From contig CAYHAA010000003.1 in the NCBI GenBank assembly GCA_964354495.1, positions 62,513-70,406 on the forward strand: 7,894 nucleotides of DNA, read 5' to 3'. Below the pieces are notes generated by a model. The model was not told the DNA's origin. It searched no databases and was given only the letters and a program-made list of their open reading frames with translations. A program made the translations under genes and the position numbers. The DNA comes from an uncultured archaeon. Its GTDB lineage: Archaea > Asgardarchaeota > Thorarchaeia > Thorarchaeales > Thorarchaeaceae. This document shows, one piece after another, positions 5,827 through 7,894 of the stretch. Numbering within the stretch: position 1 is the stretch's first letter; each line of letters opens with the position of its first letter.

Positions 5827-6324
5827 TCAGACAACTGTGGAGAGAAATGAGCCTACAACATATGTTATTAGAATAACAACGACCGCAATCGCAAGATGTT
5901 CAAAGACAACTCGTAACATATTCTCATTCTGTGAGCAAGCTAAAAAGATGTTGAACACAGTCATAAGCAAAAGACCCCAGATGATATCTACCGCAACCGC
6001 AATTTGAAGAGTCAAGAACCAGACTGGAATCACAAAGGTCATGGCAAAAACAAACTTGGTGAGGAATGTGGTCATAGTTGCCTCCCAGATGTCCTTTCTT
6101 GTGTGAGCACCCTCAGATTCCTCGGAGACATGCATTGCAACAGCATCGGAGAAGGCATCAGCTACGGCGATTGCAAAGATGGCCGTTATAACTGCTAGAC
6201 GAGAACCAGTACCTGCGTCTACACCAACAATCATCCCTAGCGTTGTGATGACTCCGGACGTCAGGCCGAAACTGAGACCTTTCTTGACTGACTGACTCAT
6301 AGACTGCGAACGAGAGAGAGTCAC
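5827..6324 (-). CDS. Short VIT1/CCC1-like divalent-metal transporter homolog
   Basis: 165 aa from GTG 6324 (alternative ATG 6300), about 5 TM. GLSFGLTSGVITTLG (TM1) and AIAVADAFSDAVAMHVSEESE (TM2) align with the VIT1 G..DG and AGAISMGLGGYLAAKSE motifs. Confidence 0.8.
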   Translation of the reverse strand: MTLSRSQSMSQSVKKGLSFGLTSGVITTLGMIVGVDAGTGSRLAVITAIFAIAVADAFSDAVAMHVSEESEGAHTRKDIWEATMTTFLTKFVFAMTFVIPVWFLTLQIAVAVDIIWGLLLMTVFNIFLACSQNENMLRVVFEHLAIAVVVILITYVVGSFLSTVV

Positions 6325-6333
6325 CTATAGGTG
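6322..6333. promoter_or_regulatory. 12-bp palindrome CACCTATAGGTG overlapping the GTG start of the VIT1-like gene
   Basis: Perfect self-complementary 12-mer. A minus-strand TATAAA lies at 6410-6405 in the same intergenic gap. Confidence 0.3.
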
Positions 6334-6425
6334 TTTGCTTGAATACAAAACCACTCAAAAGGAGATGGTGGGCAGACGGGATTCATACTCTTACGTGCAA
6401 CCAGTTTATAGGATCGTAATAGATG

Positions 6426-7133
6426 CTAGACTGGCCGTTGCTTGAATCGCAGAGCGCCATATGCTTCTATCAAGAAAAATGTCAGAATAAAGAACACTAC
6501 CACTTTCTGTCCTAGTGTAAAGATTATCGCAACTTCACCTGAGGCATCGCTATTTATCAAGAGGCCAAAGTAGGTGAGTATGACAACACCCAATGCTACA
6601 AATCCAGTTGCATTCCAAATGGGATAATTCTCACTCACAAGGATTGCTAACGTGTAGAATATCACGACCGGAAGAGTGGAAAGGAAAGCAATGGCACCAA
6701 ACATGAGGTGGATAGGCCGAAAGATATCTGCGGGTGTAAGACTTCCACCGATGAATGTAGCAGCCATGAATATTCCGGTGACTGAACCCGTGAAACTGAG
6801 CCATTTTGCTTCTTTTTGACCTTTGAAAAAATCAGGCATAGCAAGGAAGAATAAAACGAGAAAAACACCGAATGAGAACAGAGATGAATTGAAGAGAAGT
6901 GATGATACGAGGTTGGGTTGGCCCGAATAGGCCGTGATCATTCCCAAGTCGCTCAGGAAATTCTCAATGACTGAAAAACCGGGAGAACTGGTGTTGTTTT
7001 CGGTCCCACCAGTATAGAATAACGCCGCAAGAGGTATCAGAACAAATGACTGAAGAGTTCCAAACACTGTCAGGAGAAATGACTTTCTTCTCCAATCATT
7101 TCCATATTGGTGTCCGTCATCATCATTCACCAT
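6426..7133 (-). CDS. DUF998-like multi-pass membrane protein
   Basis: FYTGG...PGFSVIENFLSDLG motif followed by about 5 further TM helices, with H in RPIHLMFG. Start revised from the ORF track's 7220 to ATG 7133: GGGAGG (7145-7140) is 6 nt upstream and the start overlaps the RDD gene end by 11 nt. 235 aa. Confidence 0.75.
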   Translation of the reverse strand: MVNDDDGHQYGNDWRRKSFLLTVFGTLQSFVLIPLAALFYTGGTENNTSSPGFSVIENFLSDLGMITAYSGQPNLVSSLLFNSSLFSFGVFLVLFFLAMPDFFKGQKEAKWLSFTGSVTGIFMAATFIGGSLTPADIFRPIHLMFGAIAFLSTLPVVIFYTLAILVSENYPIWNATGFVALGVVILTYFGLLINSDASGEVAIIFTLGQKVVVFFILTFFLIEAYGALRFKQRPV

Positions 7134-7839
7134 TCTTTTCCTCCCAAATATCTGGTCCTTTGGATTCTTTGTCTTGCCACCAGTCCGGTCCCTCAAATGG
7201 ATCCTGTTGCGTACTATCAATGCGTGTGTTTACCACGACTACATCTGATATCTGCTGCATGACTCGGAACTGCTTTCGTTTTGCATAGGATGCTCTCAGA
7301 GAAAGTACTACAAAACCGACCGATATGTCCCATAGTAAAAGAAAGGACCTCCCGAGCGCATTTAGGACTCCCTCTCTTACTGAGATCGGACTATTGCCAT
7401 CTCGCTTGACTGTTCTAATTCTCAGGATTGCCTTGCCTACTGTTTTTCCTGCGGTAAGTGAATCGAGTAAGAGAAAATATCCGAATCCAACAATTACGAT
7501 GGACAGCGAACTACCGAAGTAGAGCATGCCATAAGGAGTGAAAAGAGGAAGAAAGAATAACAAGTAGGAAAAGATGGCTGAGAATATCAAGAGAGGGAGT
7601 GATAAGATGGCGAATAATCCAGTATAGAGAATAGAGGAGATGACTCTTGAAGGATATCCAGTTACTATCGATAACAAGACATCGTTGATAATAAAGATTA
7701 GTGCAAAATCGATTCCGAATGCAGCAATCCGAACAGATGTACTTGCTAGGCGTTCTTGATCCAAGGGACGTGTGACTCTCCGCACAATTAGAATCACACC
7801 AAGGAACGCTACGATATTGATCGCAATGAATACTGCCAT
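7123..7839 (-). CDS. RDD-family membrane protein
   Basis: LASTSVRIAAFGID (conserved R and D), YF...D....KTVGK.ILRIR.V..DG, then a C-terminal ...SDVVVV strand. The frame stays open upstream to a TGA at 7891-7893, so the true start may be earlier (see the CTG 7872 finding). Confidence 0.85.
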   Translation of the reverse strand: MAVFIAINIVAFLGVILIVRRVTRPLDQERLASTSVRIAAFGIDFALIFIINDVLLSIVTGYPSRVISSILYTGLFAILSLPLLIFSAIFSYLLFFLPLFTPYGMLYFGSSLSIVIVGFGYFLLLDSLTAGKTVGKAILRIRTVKRDGNSPISVREGVLNALGRSFLLLWDISVGFVVLSLRASYAKRKQFRVMQQISDVVVVNTRIDSTQQDPFEGPDWWQDKESKGPDIWEEKNGE

Positions 7840-7894
7840 TACGATAATCCATACTTCATCAGGAACGGACAGTTTGATCTCCCCGCATCTTCAA

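Noticed and set aside
5424-6358. ORFs 5424-5678, 5588-5800, 6004-6198 and 6158-6358
   Set aside because: Shadows of the membrane-protein and VIT1-like genes with no independent coding evidence.
7134-7220. N-terminal 29 aa of the ORF-track version of the DUF998-like protein
   Set aside because: It would overlap the RDD gene by about 100 nt. A strong RBS supports ATG 7133 instead.
6662-7852. ORFs 6662-6868, 7046-7288, 7325-7522 and 7511-7852
   Set aside because: Alternate-frame or antisense overlaps of the DUF998-like and RDD genes.
7885-7893. In-frame TGA-AGA-TGC (U-R-C) upstream of the RDD gene, as a possible selenocysteine motif
   Set aside because: It is not a UxxC/CxxU redox motif, RDD proteins are not known selenoproteins, and the context is cut by the window edge.
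1-7894. CRISPR arrays, tRNA/rRNA genes, IS elements or transposases, integrases
   Set aside because: I saw no regularly spaced repeats, cloverleaf or T-loop motifs, terminal inverted repeats with target duplications, or DDE/tyrosine-recombinase motifs.

Overview
Gene-dense archaeal window with nine supportable CDSs and no rRNA, tRNA, CRISPR array or mobile element. The archaeal assignment rests on an archaeal-type nucleotidyltransferase, GGAG/GAGGTG ribosome-binding motifs and GTG/TTG starts. An Asgard/Thorarchaeia-like origin is only my impression, as no marker gene is present. Left to right: (1) an edge-truncated Pol-beta-superfamily nucleotidyltransferase on the minus strand, missed by the ORF track; (2) a divergent GT4 glycosyltransferase; (3-4) a tightly coupled minus-strand pair encoding an exported linalool dehydratase/isomerase (LinD/Ldi)-like protein and an ECF-type S component; (5) a GNAT acetyltransferase; (6) an unknown membrane protein; (7) a short VIT1/CCC1-like transporter; (8-9) overlapping RDD-family and DUF998-like membrane proteins. 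The best candidate for an undescribed system is the LinD-like plus ECF S-component pair, possibly extracellular isoprenoid/terpenoid processing coupled to uptake. Secondary signals are a DxD-to-DxN change in the nucleotidyltransferase, swapped metal ligands in the VIT1-like protein and a perfect 18-bp palindrome between convergent genes. All family calls come from motif recognition by eye and from recalled reference sequences; no searches were run.
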